Of a stretch of DNA of 64,000 nucleotides, positions 24,513-36,211 are shown in pieces. A model generated the notes under the pieces. It was not told the DNA's origin. It saw nothing but the letters and a program-made list of their open reading frames with translations, and did not search any database. The position numbers and the translations under genes are program-made. Source of the DNA: Somniosus microcephalus (taxonomy: Eukaryota); contig CM126223.1 of the NCBI GenBank assembly GCA_052327205.1, positions 64,790,001 to 64,854,000 of the forward strand, read 5' to 3'. Each line of letters begins with the position of its first letter. Positions within the stretch are counted from its first letter, which is position 1.

Positions 24513-25574
24513 TAGTTTGGCGGCCTCTACAAATATTAATATAAAGAATATTCAATAATATAAAGACTGTCAAAAGGCTGTAGCTCGAGTGTGCTGGAGC
24601 ATAATTGGGCACAGTCCGAGTTGCATTTCTAGAGTACCTAACTTATGATTGCACCCCCGTGTCAATTAGGCAGAATAAAACATTTGAACAATCTGCAGAG
24701 CATTTTTGTAACAATCTTATAAAAATTAGGGCCCCCCAATAAGTAGATAAATGAATCAAGTGACGTGGCAATGAATCTCACAGATCAGGTACAAACACTG
24801 GCCTGTGTGCTGCCGCTGCTGATCACTCCATTGGGAGCACTACAATTTTCCTTGGTGTCCCTGTGCTTTGAGGAAGTGATGGAGAGAATAATCTAATCTA
24901 AATAAAAATCAGCTATCAAGTGACTCCTGCTTGAAAGGGTGCTCTAGACTATGATGCTTTCCACAGTCAACCTCACAGAGTTCACTGTCTAGACTTACAT
25001 ATGAAAGGAGGCTAGTGTGGAGAGGTATCCTCTGGCAATAATGGAACACTTTTGCATGAGTCACTATCTTCAGGAAAGGAATGGAGAAAATTGGAGAGGG
25101 TAAACACTAAAAACGGAGGTGGTGTACGAGTTGCATATAAAAATCTAATGTTAAAACTTCTAGATATACAAGGGCTTTGATAACCTGACAGAAACCAACT
25201 GTTATTGCTTCTTCCACAATTGGATACTATAATACAGTAGAGTGAGGACTGCAACACTGGTGTCCCTCTCTATTGCTTCAGTGATGTTCTGTTATGCAGA
25301 ATTAAAGTAAACACCTAGAGGCATATAGGAACAATTGTTAAAACATAAATGACTAGCACATCTCCATTATCAACACAGCAATTGTCATGGCATGATCTCA
25401 ATTCCGAGATCAAATACCAGTATTTGCAGAGACAGCATTATGTGGGAGAAACAGAAAAACAAACCATCAAAATCCAAAAATAACTCGAGTGTACATAATG
25501 CAGAAATTCTGCCATGTTGAGGACTACTAAACACAATCGACAAGCATCACAATCTTCAATCAAGGTACTCTCAC

Positions 25575-25651
25575 CCCAGTGGCAGCTCATTAGTCTGGGT
25601 ATTGTCATAATCACTGTCTGTTCCACTGCCACGTTTGTCTAGTTTGGACAC
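25575..25651 (-). CDS. GIT1: GIT1 coding exon
   Basis: tttacag| ... |gtgaga; 77 nt, phase 0/2; VSKLDKRGSGTDSDYDNTQTNELPL(G), compare GIT1 SKLSRHGSGADSDYENTQ. Confidence 0.93.
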
Positions 25652-26336
25652 CTGTAAATGAAAACAAAATGTGAGCACAGCAATATGATGTGCAGATACC
25701 TAGGCAGAAGTGTTAAAGCAATTGTTCATTAGTAATTATAACAAGAACATTGCAGGCAGCTAAGTGGGAGAGGTTTCCTCAATTCCCCATGAGAAACATG
25801 AAAGCAACTTTGAGAATAACTGTGTCAAATCAAATTCACTGTTCAGTGACTGAAATTCGGCATCCAAGTTTTATAATTCTGAGTTTTGATCATGAAGTGG
25901 TTAAGGAGCAAATAATTTAGTTTGCTCAAGATAAAAAGCAGGTCAGATCATTTTAAGCTTTCCAGGTACTCAAAAGGAGGAAGGACAGGGTGGTTTTGAT
26001 AGTGGTGGTCTCCAATTCGTCCCCAGAAACACCTTCAGTGTTTTTAATAAATAAACAGAACTTGCATTTTAAGAAAGGTTTCCCCGCCCCTCCATTCAGA
26101 ATGTTCTGCTGTACCACTCACACCTTGAATCATCGCCATTGGGCCCATAAACATTCTAATTCTGTATCAGCCATTACTTGAAGTACAGAAATTGCAGAAC
26201 TTGATGTGGTACAAACTCTAAAAGGTACATCATCTATTCCATTACTCAGCGTAGGGAACCTCCTCTTCCTTCGACTGCATTCCCACTAAATGCCTGATCA
26301 TGCAACTTCCTTTCTGAGTCCCTATTTTAGCCAATA

Positions 26337-26709
26337 CAGGTAGACTATCCTTTATCCGAACTTCCGAAAACCTCTAAAAACCGAAAGTTTTTTCGTTCAG
26401 CGTAAGTCGTGCGCACGACATGAGCAGAGTGGCGCACGACTTACGCTGAGCAGGGCAGAGGGTCACAGAGTTCCCTCCTGGGTAGGAGATTGCAGGCCGA
26501 GCCGGGCAGCGTGAAGGAGGTACCGGGAGAGTGAACCCAACAATACAGCGGCCTGTCCGATAGCTGCAGTGGCCTGTCCGATATTCTTTTCTCCCCCACC
26601 CCCCCCGACCCATTTCCCAGTCTTATAAAATACCTTCTGAAATCCAAAAAATTCCAAAAACCGAAACTCAGCTGGTCCCAAGGCTTTCGGATAAGGGATA
26701 GTGTACCTG
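26337..26709. mobile_element. Tigger4/Zombi (MER46)-like MITE
   Basis: TA TSDs; TIRs caggtagactatcctttatccgaa and ttcggataagggatagtgtacctg; subterminal ctggtcccaag, as I recall for Tigger4/MER46 ends. Confidence 0.8.
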
Positions 26710-27597
26710 TATTATAAATAGTTACCTTTCCTCAAGCATTGTTCTTCTGCCTTTCAATACAGTCATCACCCCCTCAACAAAAATCCCACCCTCGATCCTC
26801 ACTAATTACTGACTCATCTCCAACCTCCCTTTGCTCATACCTTAATTTGAAACTAGATTGATGAAGAGCAAAAGTCAAGTCACAGAACTGTAATAACTCA
26901 TTACAACTTTGGCATACTTAGATAGTGTTTCCATTGTAAATAGCCACAATCAAATAGCTAGAGTGAACACAAAAAAGGCAAACCCATTTTTCACCATGTC
27001 ACCTGGCTCAATAGATTTGAACCCGTTCACCAGGCATTGCTCAGAAAGACTCAGTACGCATTAAAAATACTTGATTATTCTATATTAAATGAACTCCACA
27101 TTTTAATATAGATAAAGAGCAGGACCAATCACGCTTTCTTTTTCTATACTTTTCATTGGAAAAACATTTTCAAATGCCCAATTGGAGAATTTATTAAACT
27201 ATCAACATTCTCAAAGTTAATTCCATCATTTAATGAAATTATAACCAGGCACTGTACAAAAACAAAAAAAAGGTAAAAACACAAGGTTTCTTTGAATTGG
27301 ATATCAAGTTCACATTCAATAGCAAAATTTGTAAATCTTATGGAAATCATTACAAAGAATTATTGGGAAAAACTATAATCTGCAGATTAGTTCAATATTA
27401 AAAATCAAAATCTCAGAGGTTCAAAGAGATTGCTATACCAAGTCAAAGGAATATAATTCCAAGAGAAGTCTCCAGATTCCCATTACAACACCAGTTCAAA
27501 TCAATGGGACCACTACATAAATTAATGGGCACACATCAGAGCACTGGATCTAGCCCAGAACACAAGCCGCTAGGTGCACTGGCTTGGACAGGTGGGG

Positions 27598-28503
27598 CAC
27601 TAGGCCAGGGGTTGTGTAGATTCTCTCACCTCCTGCCAATGATATACTTTTCTTAATTTCAAAAGGGAGAGATCATTTTCAATATAGTCTTTTTATAAGG
27701 GATTAAAAGTGCCATGTGTGAAGTACAAATCTGCCAGCAGTAGCACTAGCATTTCATAGAATCCTTTAAACAGTGTGGACCTGTCCAAGTCTAGAGAGTT
27801 TACAAATTTTGCTATGGAAACCTGGACTAGATAGGACTTCAGAACATTCATTTCTTAACTGCATTTTTGAATGGTTGTTTTAATTTGTAACAGTTCTAAT
27901 CCAGTAGGAATACCCTAGAAATATACATTAAATTCACAGGTTAGCAAAATGACTTAAAGATGGTTCTGAAACACAAGTCTTGTTGAACCTTTTGAATGTT
28001 CTGAATCACAATTTTTTTATAACTAGATCCTTTTTGGCATATACACTGAAGAACAATTAAGATATTTTCAACTTCTTCACATCCCCTTGCCCCTGCACCC
28101 AAAGAGTCAGCAGTTATGGGGTTAACAGAAAAGGAAAAGTAATAAAAGTGCATGCATTTTTCCAGAAGAGATTAAGCTTTTTTTATACCTACGCTATAGC
28201 AGATGGTTCCAATATATCACAGTTTTCCTGTTTCAAAGGCATATTTTTGATGCTGCATAACTGGTGGTGTGCAGATTTGAACATTTTCCTTTTTTCTCAT
28301 TATTAAAATCACTAGGACTGGGGTTTTGCAGATTCTCTCACCACCTGCCAATTATATCCTTCCTTAATTTCAAAAGGGAGAGATCATTTTCAATATAGTC
28401 TTTTTATAAGGGATTAAGAGTGCTATTTGTGAAGTACAAATCTGCCAGCTGCATCACTAGCATCTCATAGAATCCTTTACACAAGGTGTGGACCTGTCCA
28501 AGT
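27598..28503 (+). repeat. Pair of ~193-bp direct repeats (27598-27790 and 28310-28503)
   Basis: Both run cactagg..agattctctcacc..cttaatttcaaaagggagagatcattttcaatatagtc..gtgaagtacaaatctgccagc..gtgtggacctgtccaagt. Confidence 0.9.
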
Positions 28504-29165
28504 ATTAAAATCTAAACGTAAAATCAAGTCCTTTGTCTTCACCACTGCAATTTCATAATGAAAAGCCAGACTGGTCTCAAATAACACTTTCAAGTCTTAA
28601 TGTGTTGTGACTGTACATTTGCATATCTAAGATGGAAAAGTCCATATATGGATTGGGTGGGAAGGGGGATGGGAGGAAGAAACAAAATCCCAAATTCTCA
28701 AGCTAACCCAGCTTCGTGATAATTTGAAAATGGACAAATACTGCATGGCTACAAGCAAATCAGTAATTTATTACACAGAAATTTAAAAAAAGCTGAAAAC
28801 TACAAAACTTCTCCAAATCTTAAAGATTTGCTGAAATTTGACTTTGTATATCAGCAATGGAAGACACAATAAGAGAGATGCCATCTCCCTAATGTAGGTC
28901 CAAAAATTAGGAAAATGGACAACCCTAGTTTAAAAGCGCACATAACACACATATGGCACTCAGCTTATTAATGCAGCTTCACCTAAAGGGGAGATTGTGA
29001 ATTACAATGGTTTGTCAAATATTTCTGTTAGATGGCTTCCAAGGGACTAATCATGAACAGTTTATTAATAACTTAATTTTGCCTATAGCTATTCAAAAGT
29101 AACTTTCATTTTTTTAATTCAATTTTTTCAGCTTCCTGCAAGAATAGCAAACTTGCCCCCTTAAC

Positions 29166-29842
29166 TCCGCGGTCTCCTCTACATTGGGGAGACCAAATGC
29201 AGATTGGGTGACCGCTTTGCGGAACACCTCCGTTCAGTCCGTAAGGGTGACCCCGAGCTTCTGGTCGCCTGTCATTTTAATTCACCGCTCCATTCCCACT
29301 CGGACCTCACCGTCTTTGGCCTCTTGCATTGTTCCACGGAAGCTCAACGTAAACTCGAGGAACAGCACCTCATCTTCCGATTAGGCACTTTGCAGCCTTC
29401 CGGACTCAATATCAAGTTCAACAATTTCAGATCATAACCTCGGCCCCTATTACATTTTTACTTATATTTTTTTCCACCCCTTTGTTTTGGGTCCTCCTTC
29501 CCCCCCCCCCCCCCCCCCCACCCCTTTCCTTTTTTTCTCTCTCCCACCTGGCAGCTGTCTCTTATCCTGCCAGTACACTTCACACCTAATCTCAGCTGTC
29601 TTTTGTCTCCACTGGCCTATTACCATCTCGTCTGATTTTGAATACCTTTTAATGTCTTTTACTTCTTTTGTTCGATCGCAGCCCTGCCTTCGATCTATTT
29701 TATTTCCTTTCCAGTTTTGAAAAAGGGTTTCAACCCGAAACGTCAACTCAAATTTCTCTCCACGGAGGTTACCTGATCTGAGTTTTTCCAGCATTTTCTG
29801 TTGTTATTTCGGATTTCCAGCATCTGCAGTATTTTGCTATCG
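29166..29842 (+). mobile_element. 5'-truncated Penelope-like retroelement (GIY-YIG endonuclease end plus 3' terminal region)
   Basis: Translates GLLYIGETKCRLGDRFAEHLRSV..VACHFNS..RKLEEQHLIFRLGTLQPSGLN. Perfect 13-bp TSD ttgcccccttaac at 29153-29165 and 29843-29855. Confidence 0.9.
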
Positions 29843-31609
29843 TTGCCCCCTTAACAGTTGAGCTCAATCCATTTTACATTTATTTTATGTAAATTGTAAG
29901 ACTTCATTAAACTAATAACTGGAGGTTTGTGAATGTATTAGTTGATTATACTAACTTACACTCCTTTGGAGTGCAGTTGGCTAAGATTGCAATGAATTCA
30001 AGTACAAACTTGAAAAAAAGCAAGAATATGAACTGGACCCCATCCAGATTCCCTTTGTTGCCCTCATCTATAATCTGAACACTACGAGAAAGGCGAGAGG
30101 ACAAGGCACTTTTAACATCAAACAGTAACCAAATCCTGATTCAAGACAACCTTGCAAGCAAGGTGTTAACTATGATTATCCTGAACAGTGAGATCTCAGA
30201 ATCATCTGCCATTATGCGTGATACCTTCTTCATGCAGTTTTCTAATTATAAAAAGATTCCCCTTTTACTTTAAATGGAAAATATCAGAGACTGATTGCAA
30301 TATTCTCATTCAAAAAAAAAAAAATCTTGATTGAACACTAAGAATTTAACCCTTTGAGGACTACAGTAGCATTTGTCTATTACAATTAAAGATGAAAGTT
30401 TACACAAATGTAAAGTCTTCCCTGCATCACAGATTCTGGTGTATTTGGTTTTAGAATATTCAGTTCCAATTTACAATAAATCCCACTAATAGAAACTTAA
30501 ACAGGTTCTGACTACTTCAGCAAGCACCAAGTTCTCAGAGGGTTAACAACTTTGAGGATTACGAGAACAGTTCTGCACTTTCCTTTGAGAAATTCTACTG
30601 GAATTTTGACTCAGTTTTTGTAAATCTAAAATGGGATACAAGTGGCTGAGGGAAAGACAACTACCTGTACAAACTGCTATTAAATCAGTTAAAAAATTGA
30701 CAGTCAAAATTTATAGGCAACAAAAAAAATGAAAGCCACTCACAGGAAAAAGCATTTTTGAAGAATAGAAAGGCGGCCCTAGTTTCTGTGGGCAAGAGTA
30801 ACGGAGTTCTTGAATATTTTCCCTCAATTGTTTGACCCACTGCTGATTTTGCTCTGCAAAGTTACCATTGATCTCCTACCCCCCCCACAAAAGACTTTTT
30901 TTTATAAATTAGACTATTAAAAAAAAAAACCAGATGTTCAACTTTTATAATGCTTCAGTTAATAGTTTCCATACCTGCTATTAAAACAAAACACAATTTA
31001 TTAGCTGCTTTTATTTAAATTTACAAAACCTGTGTCTCAATACGACTGAAAGATGGAGGAAGAAAAGCAGTACTCAAAGGGTTAATATATGGAGAAACAG
31101 GAGTAGTCAAGGGAAACCAAGAAAGAAGTGGAATACTTGAATGGCAATGGCCTTGCTTGATAAATGTAGTCACTGAAGGCCATTATGCTATTCAAGAGAG
31201 TAAAGATGTTAAGGCTGTCGAAAGGGGAGCAGTAGCTAGATAGGCAGTGTTGATGGTAACAGCTCAGCAACAGGGGCTCATCTTTTGGAATGCCTCACAA
31301 ACACACACTGCATACCCATTTTCAATTCACCCTATTCTTTTCCCATCATGTTTCATTATGCAGCTTTTTTCCCAGTACAGCTGTAAATAATCCTCATTTT
31401 CCCTTCAGATGACATCACTCTATATCAGATGCTTCTTGTTTTTAAGAGGAGGAATGGTATAGAAAAATATTACTTTAGAGAACACAACAAAATATCTTAC
31501 TTAAAAAATTAACTTTCATACTTATCTTGGAGACTTACTGAAAAAATGGCTGTAGCAATTTGTTACAATCCATTTTTTTTCCAAGTTATGTAAACATTAA
31601 TAATGTAGC

Positions 31610-31885
31610 ATCTCGAGTCTGTTCCGCCATTCTATTAGATCATGGCGGATCTGTACCTCAATTCCATTTACCTGCCTTTGCTCCCTATCTTTTGATGCCC
31701 TTACCTAACAAAAATCTATCAGTCCGTCTTGAAAAAGTCAGCTGACCCCGCATCCACAGCCTTTTTCAGGGGTGAGAGGGAGAGTTCCAAATTTCCCCAT
31801 CCCTTCTCAAAGGCCTAGCTTTATTTGAAAGATTATGCCCCCTTGTCCTGTATTCCTCTGCCAAACTAAATAGTTTGTCTGCCTA
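31610..31885 (-). mobile_element. Degraded CR1 LINE 3' tail
   Basis: cgagtctgttccgccattc..gatcatggc..catccacagcc, similar to the CR1 tails at 37622 and 44300. Confidence 0.6.
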
Positions 31886-32730
31886 CAATAGAATCGAGGT
31901 TATTCGACACGGAGCAGCAATTTTGAAGATACTGGAAAACAAAACTTTATTGGTTTCTCCATCAGAGACCAGCCTAGTTAATAGGCAAATAAATAAACTG
32001 GCAAAATTGGCATAAAATGGCAGGAACATCTTTCGGAAAGGGGACCATATACATTTAATTATTTTTTCAATGTTTGGCCCTGCATACCATATTAGCAGAG
32101 GGTTTAGGACAGCATTTTCAGGGCCAGCTTCAGCGATGTACAGCAAGTATAAAGCTGGGGTCCTTTGTCAAATGACCAAGTTTGTATTTCTTTTTTACTG
32201 TGCCATCTAAGTTAATCTAATGCAAGATTCCCAATACTACATACTGTGTTCAGGCCAACTTGACAACGTAATATGGTTGAGAGACAAATTATTGACTATA
32301 TAAATTCCATTATAACACACTGGAGGTCTGCAAATGGTGGATATCCATAGGTCCTTTGGTGAGGAAGCTAACACTACACGACGAGTCAAATTGCTCCTTC
32401 TGTACCAACATTTCTATGGTAAATTAACCATTACAACTGTGGTATAATGAGAACAGACCATGGTTATATTCATGAGCCTGTTTACATTGCACTAAAGCTT
32501 GTTTGCAATGTACAGTTTCACTTTTGATTATTTGGTTCATTCTAAAATTTAAGAAAAATAATCGTTTGAAAGTTATTTTGACATATTCAACTAGGCATTC
32601 CAAAAAAAGAACCTCCCATCTTTGGAAGGGAAAAGAGAAGCAAAGATTATAGAAGGAACAAAATCCATGCAAAAAGGCACGGACACAAGAGCCTAGAACA
32701 CTTGCTGGAATCCTTTCTGCCCCTTCTTAC

Positions 32731-32841
32731 TTGAGCCCAACTGAGATGGTACTTAACCACGGATCTGCCGCAGTCCTGTGAACAGGAGTGCAGCGGAGAG
32801 AAGGGAAAGGGTACAGAGGTCACGGAGACACCCCTGCGAAT
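32731..32841 (-). CDS. GIT1: GIT1 coding exon (donor position ambiguous: 32731 or 32758)
   Basis: ttacag|ATT CGC AGG GGT; IRRGVSVTSVPFPFSPLHSCSQDCGRSV[VKYHLSWAQ], compare GIT1 IRKGVSASAVPFTPSSPLLSCSQEG. Consensus-like donor CAA|gtaaga; phase 0/0. Confidence 0.88.
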
Positions 32842-34527
32842 CTGTAACATGGAAGGGACAGTGTAAACAATGGCATGCACATAGACATTAATGAACTTTC
32901 AAAAATAAACCATGCATGTAAACTTGTTATAGACAAATATTGGTTAAACAGTCTCATGCTGACAAAGTCAAATAAAAGCAGAGTCATCTTATGTCAGATC
33001 TACTGGTAGATTGTGAATTGTTAATGCAACGTGCATATTGAATTAATGAAACAAAATAGCACAAATGAAGCAACATTCACATAAAACCGTGTAATGAGCC
33101 AAAGTGATTTCCCTTATTTAACTATTTTCAAAAATAATGTTCACAAAACAATTATACTTTAGAGCAATTAATTTAATTAAGTTCTCATGATTCATTTAAT
33201 TAAGCTTGATCATTTTTCTAGATGCTCTACAGAGTCATTAGCGACGATCAGATAAAAATGCTTTTTCAAAAATTGTTTGATCTATTGAAAGTGTTGGCAC
33301 ATATCCATTACCTGTATGTACAAATTTCACATCTGAAATACATGGTTTCGAACAAACTTTTTTTTTTTTTTATATATAAAAAAGACAGTGCAATTATACA
33401 TACAAATATATACACATTAAAAATATTTGTGCGCCCACAGTATCCAGTTCTCTCATCTCACTGACTGGATCAGTCCTAGCAGTGACTGTCTCTCATATCT
33501 ACTCATTATCTCCATGATGGACTCAACTAGATTTCATTCCAGTCACTAGATGGAGTAGAACCATAATGTAGCGGTCTAAATATGTTAAGATAATTAGTGA
33601 CACCTGATGGGAATTGGGTTTTGTTCATTTCCCAAATTTAGAACATTTATTGGGGGAAGGGAGGGCCAATTCAAGGATTTCAGACAGAACCTTTCATAAT
33701 AATTACACTCGTCTCCAACTCTTTGGGTCAACCCAGTATTAGAGACTGTCGAATTGCAAGATCTTAAAACCTGAAAAAGTAACTGAACTTATTTAACTGA
33801 AAGAATAGTTTCATTAAGCCATTTAATCTCAGTCGTTTAGCCAACTCTGCACAATTAAATCCACAGTTAAGTTGATTTGGGGCAGTGGCTCTTAACACGA
33901 AAACAGAAGATACAAAAATCAAACTGTACCTGAGGTCATTGCATAAATCCAAAGTTACATGGAATATATTTTCACTTTAGAGTTTTAGGATCAAGATCAA
34001 TAAAATGAGGACGGATTCGATACTGTAAATTGAGCACAAAAGCTATGACTGGGAACAGAGCTACTTGTAGCAACTATATGCGTTTTGTGATTGCTCAATG
34101 CCACAAACCTCTGCACATCTCTGTCCTCGAGTAACTGATGGAACTTGTAATTCCTGCATCTGTATTAGCTGTGGCCACTATCTCACAAATGGGAGTTTCA
34201 CACAAAACTGAATTCGGAGTACAAATTGCCTAATAGGATATCTGAATACAGCAGCATCTCACTAGTTAGTAAACTCTGCACTGCAGTTAGGGTTAGAAGA
34301 AAAAACACCATCAATGATTATTAAAAAATATTTTTCTCCATCAAAATTTGGAGCCTGGAAAACAAGACATGGTGGGGGGTTACTGCACAACTGTTTTACA
34401 GGACATTGTTCCTAAACTAAACAGATATCAGAGCTTTGTTAATACTGATTAAGCAGTATAACAAGCTAGAAAAGGTCAATGCACTTGAAGTTTGAAATGA
34501 AATCCATATTGCAAAGCAGTAACTCAC

Positions 34528-34746
34528 ATTGCAATCCAAAGGCTGAAGTCTTGTGGCAATGTCATCGGTGGTTTGTCCAAAAGATTTCTGCCCAGATCTG
34601 GTTTCATACATGGAGACAGCTTGCCGATCACGTCTACTTGCACTTGCATGGGGGGCAAGGTCCTGGCGGTCACTGGTAGCTGGTGACGGATGCGGACTAG
34701 GAGTTTGTTGTTTCATTTGTGCATTCTCTGTCTGCAGCTTGTTAAT
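34528..34746 (-). CDS. GIT1: GIT1 coding exon (end of coiled coil and following linker)
   Basis: tttcag| ... |gtgagt; 219 nt, phase 0/0; INKLQTENAQMKQQ..RRDRQAVSMYE..TRLQPLDCN. Confidence 0.94.
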
Positions 34747-34782
34747 CTGAAATGTAATGAAAAAGAGACTCATCTTAAAATA

Positions 34783-35106
34783 CAGGAAACTCTTCATTAT
34801 CCGGCACCGACGTGGTGCTGGTTTATCAAAAAGTCCGGATTACAGAGAGGTAGTTAAAAGGTACGAGAGCTCCATACACAGCAACAAATCCAGGCTTCCC
34901 TGTTGCTTAGCAACATGTGCAGGAACTCCGGCCACAGACCAAGCGTCCCTGTTGCTTAGCAACAAGTGTAGGAGCCCCAGTTACACAGCCACAGATCCAG
35001 GAACTGCCACTAATATGAAGTAAAACTTACCTGAACCTACTCCTGAATTTTGCCGGTTAACAGAGATTTCCGGTTATTCAGGTGCCGGTAAATCGAGAGT
35101 TTCCTG
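34783..35106. mobile_element. Tigger/pogo-type MITE, family A copy 2
   Basis: TA TSDs; TIRs caggaaactct and agagtttcctg. Confidence 0.85.
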
Positions 35107-36211
35107 TAGTAGTTTAATATCTATTAAGGAGGACCCATCTTCATTTTGTCATTGCACAATTTAAACACTTCATTAAAAATTACTGACAGCAATACATAAT
35201 ATAGGAGGGCATAGAGGACTAGGATTCAGTACTCGAGATGTGTCTAAATTGTTACTGAATAATTGTTTTACATTTCGTACCCATATTCCCATTGTTAGCA
35301 ATCAGTGATTATTAAAATTAATGCGGTTTTGTACAAATATATATTTATCTCAACCATTTTTATTTGTCCAGTCCAACAAGCCAAAATAGGCTAGGATGCC
35401 TGAAACTTGAAAAGTGAGGGCAGCGTTAGGTAAAGCAAAAGTGTCAAAAGTGCCAGTGCAGCGTGCTACAGTATGGCAGTACACAAGTTTGCACCCTCAA
35501 TTTCCCACATGACAAATTCCCATCAGGTCACTGCAGGCAAGAATAAAATAAAATTGGCCCCCACTGCCGACTTTGTAACAGCCGATTCCAAAATGATCTT
35601 GACAGAAGATGTAGAGCAGGTTGACTGTCCAGGAAATCATTGTTTAAAACACAGGAGGCCGCCATTTGGCTAACTCTTAAATAGCTATAAACTTAGTCCC
35701 AGTCCCCTGCCCTTTTCCCACGCTGTTTTACATTTTTTCTTTTTCAAATATTTATCCTTTTCCCTTTTAAAAGCTATTATGCATTCGGTTTCTAGCACCG
35801 TTTCTGGTACAAAATAATTAACTAAAAAATAGAATGCCCAAAAGAGAGGGCTGTGCAGTAAAACAGACAGGAACTGATTAAATTATTGAGTACTGACTTG
35901 CTAATATATTGAATCTATTTATAATGGCTAACCACAGGAATATTCACACCTGGGTTAGATGTTCATGGTGTTGGTTTATTTGCATGTTACACATTTTCTG
36001 CTGATGCTCGAAACTTTAAAAAAATGCAAGACAGTAAACAAGTCGACAGTGACTTAAATTAGGATGCTGTACAAAAATGAGTTGGACGATCTAACAAACA
36101 ATTTGTTGCTGAAACCAGGGCAAATTCAATCCCAAGTTACTAGCACAAACAGCATTAGTGTCCCTGTGCAAATATTCTTTGTCATTAAGTTGATTTACTA
36201 GATAAGACTAA

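Noticed and set aside
33929-34155. Candidate GIT1 micro-exons (near 33930-33975 and 34110-34154)
   Set aside because: AG/GT pairs exist, but polypyrimidine tracts are weak and the peptides show no convincing similarity to GIT1.
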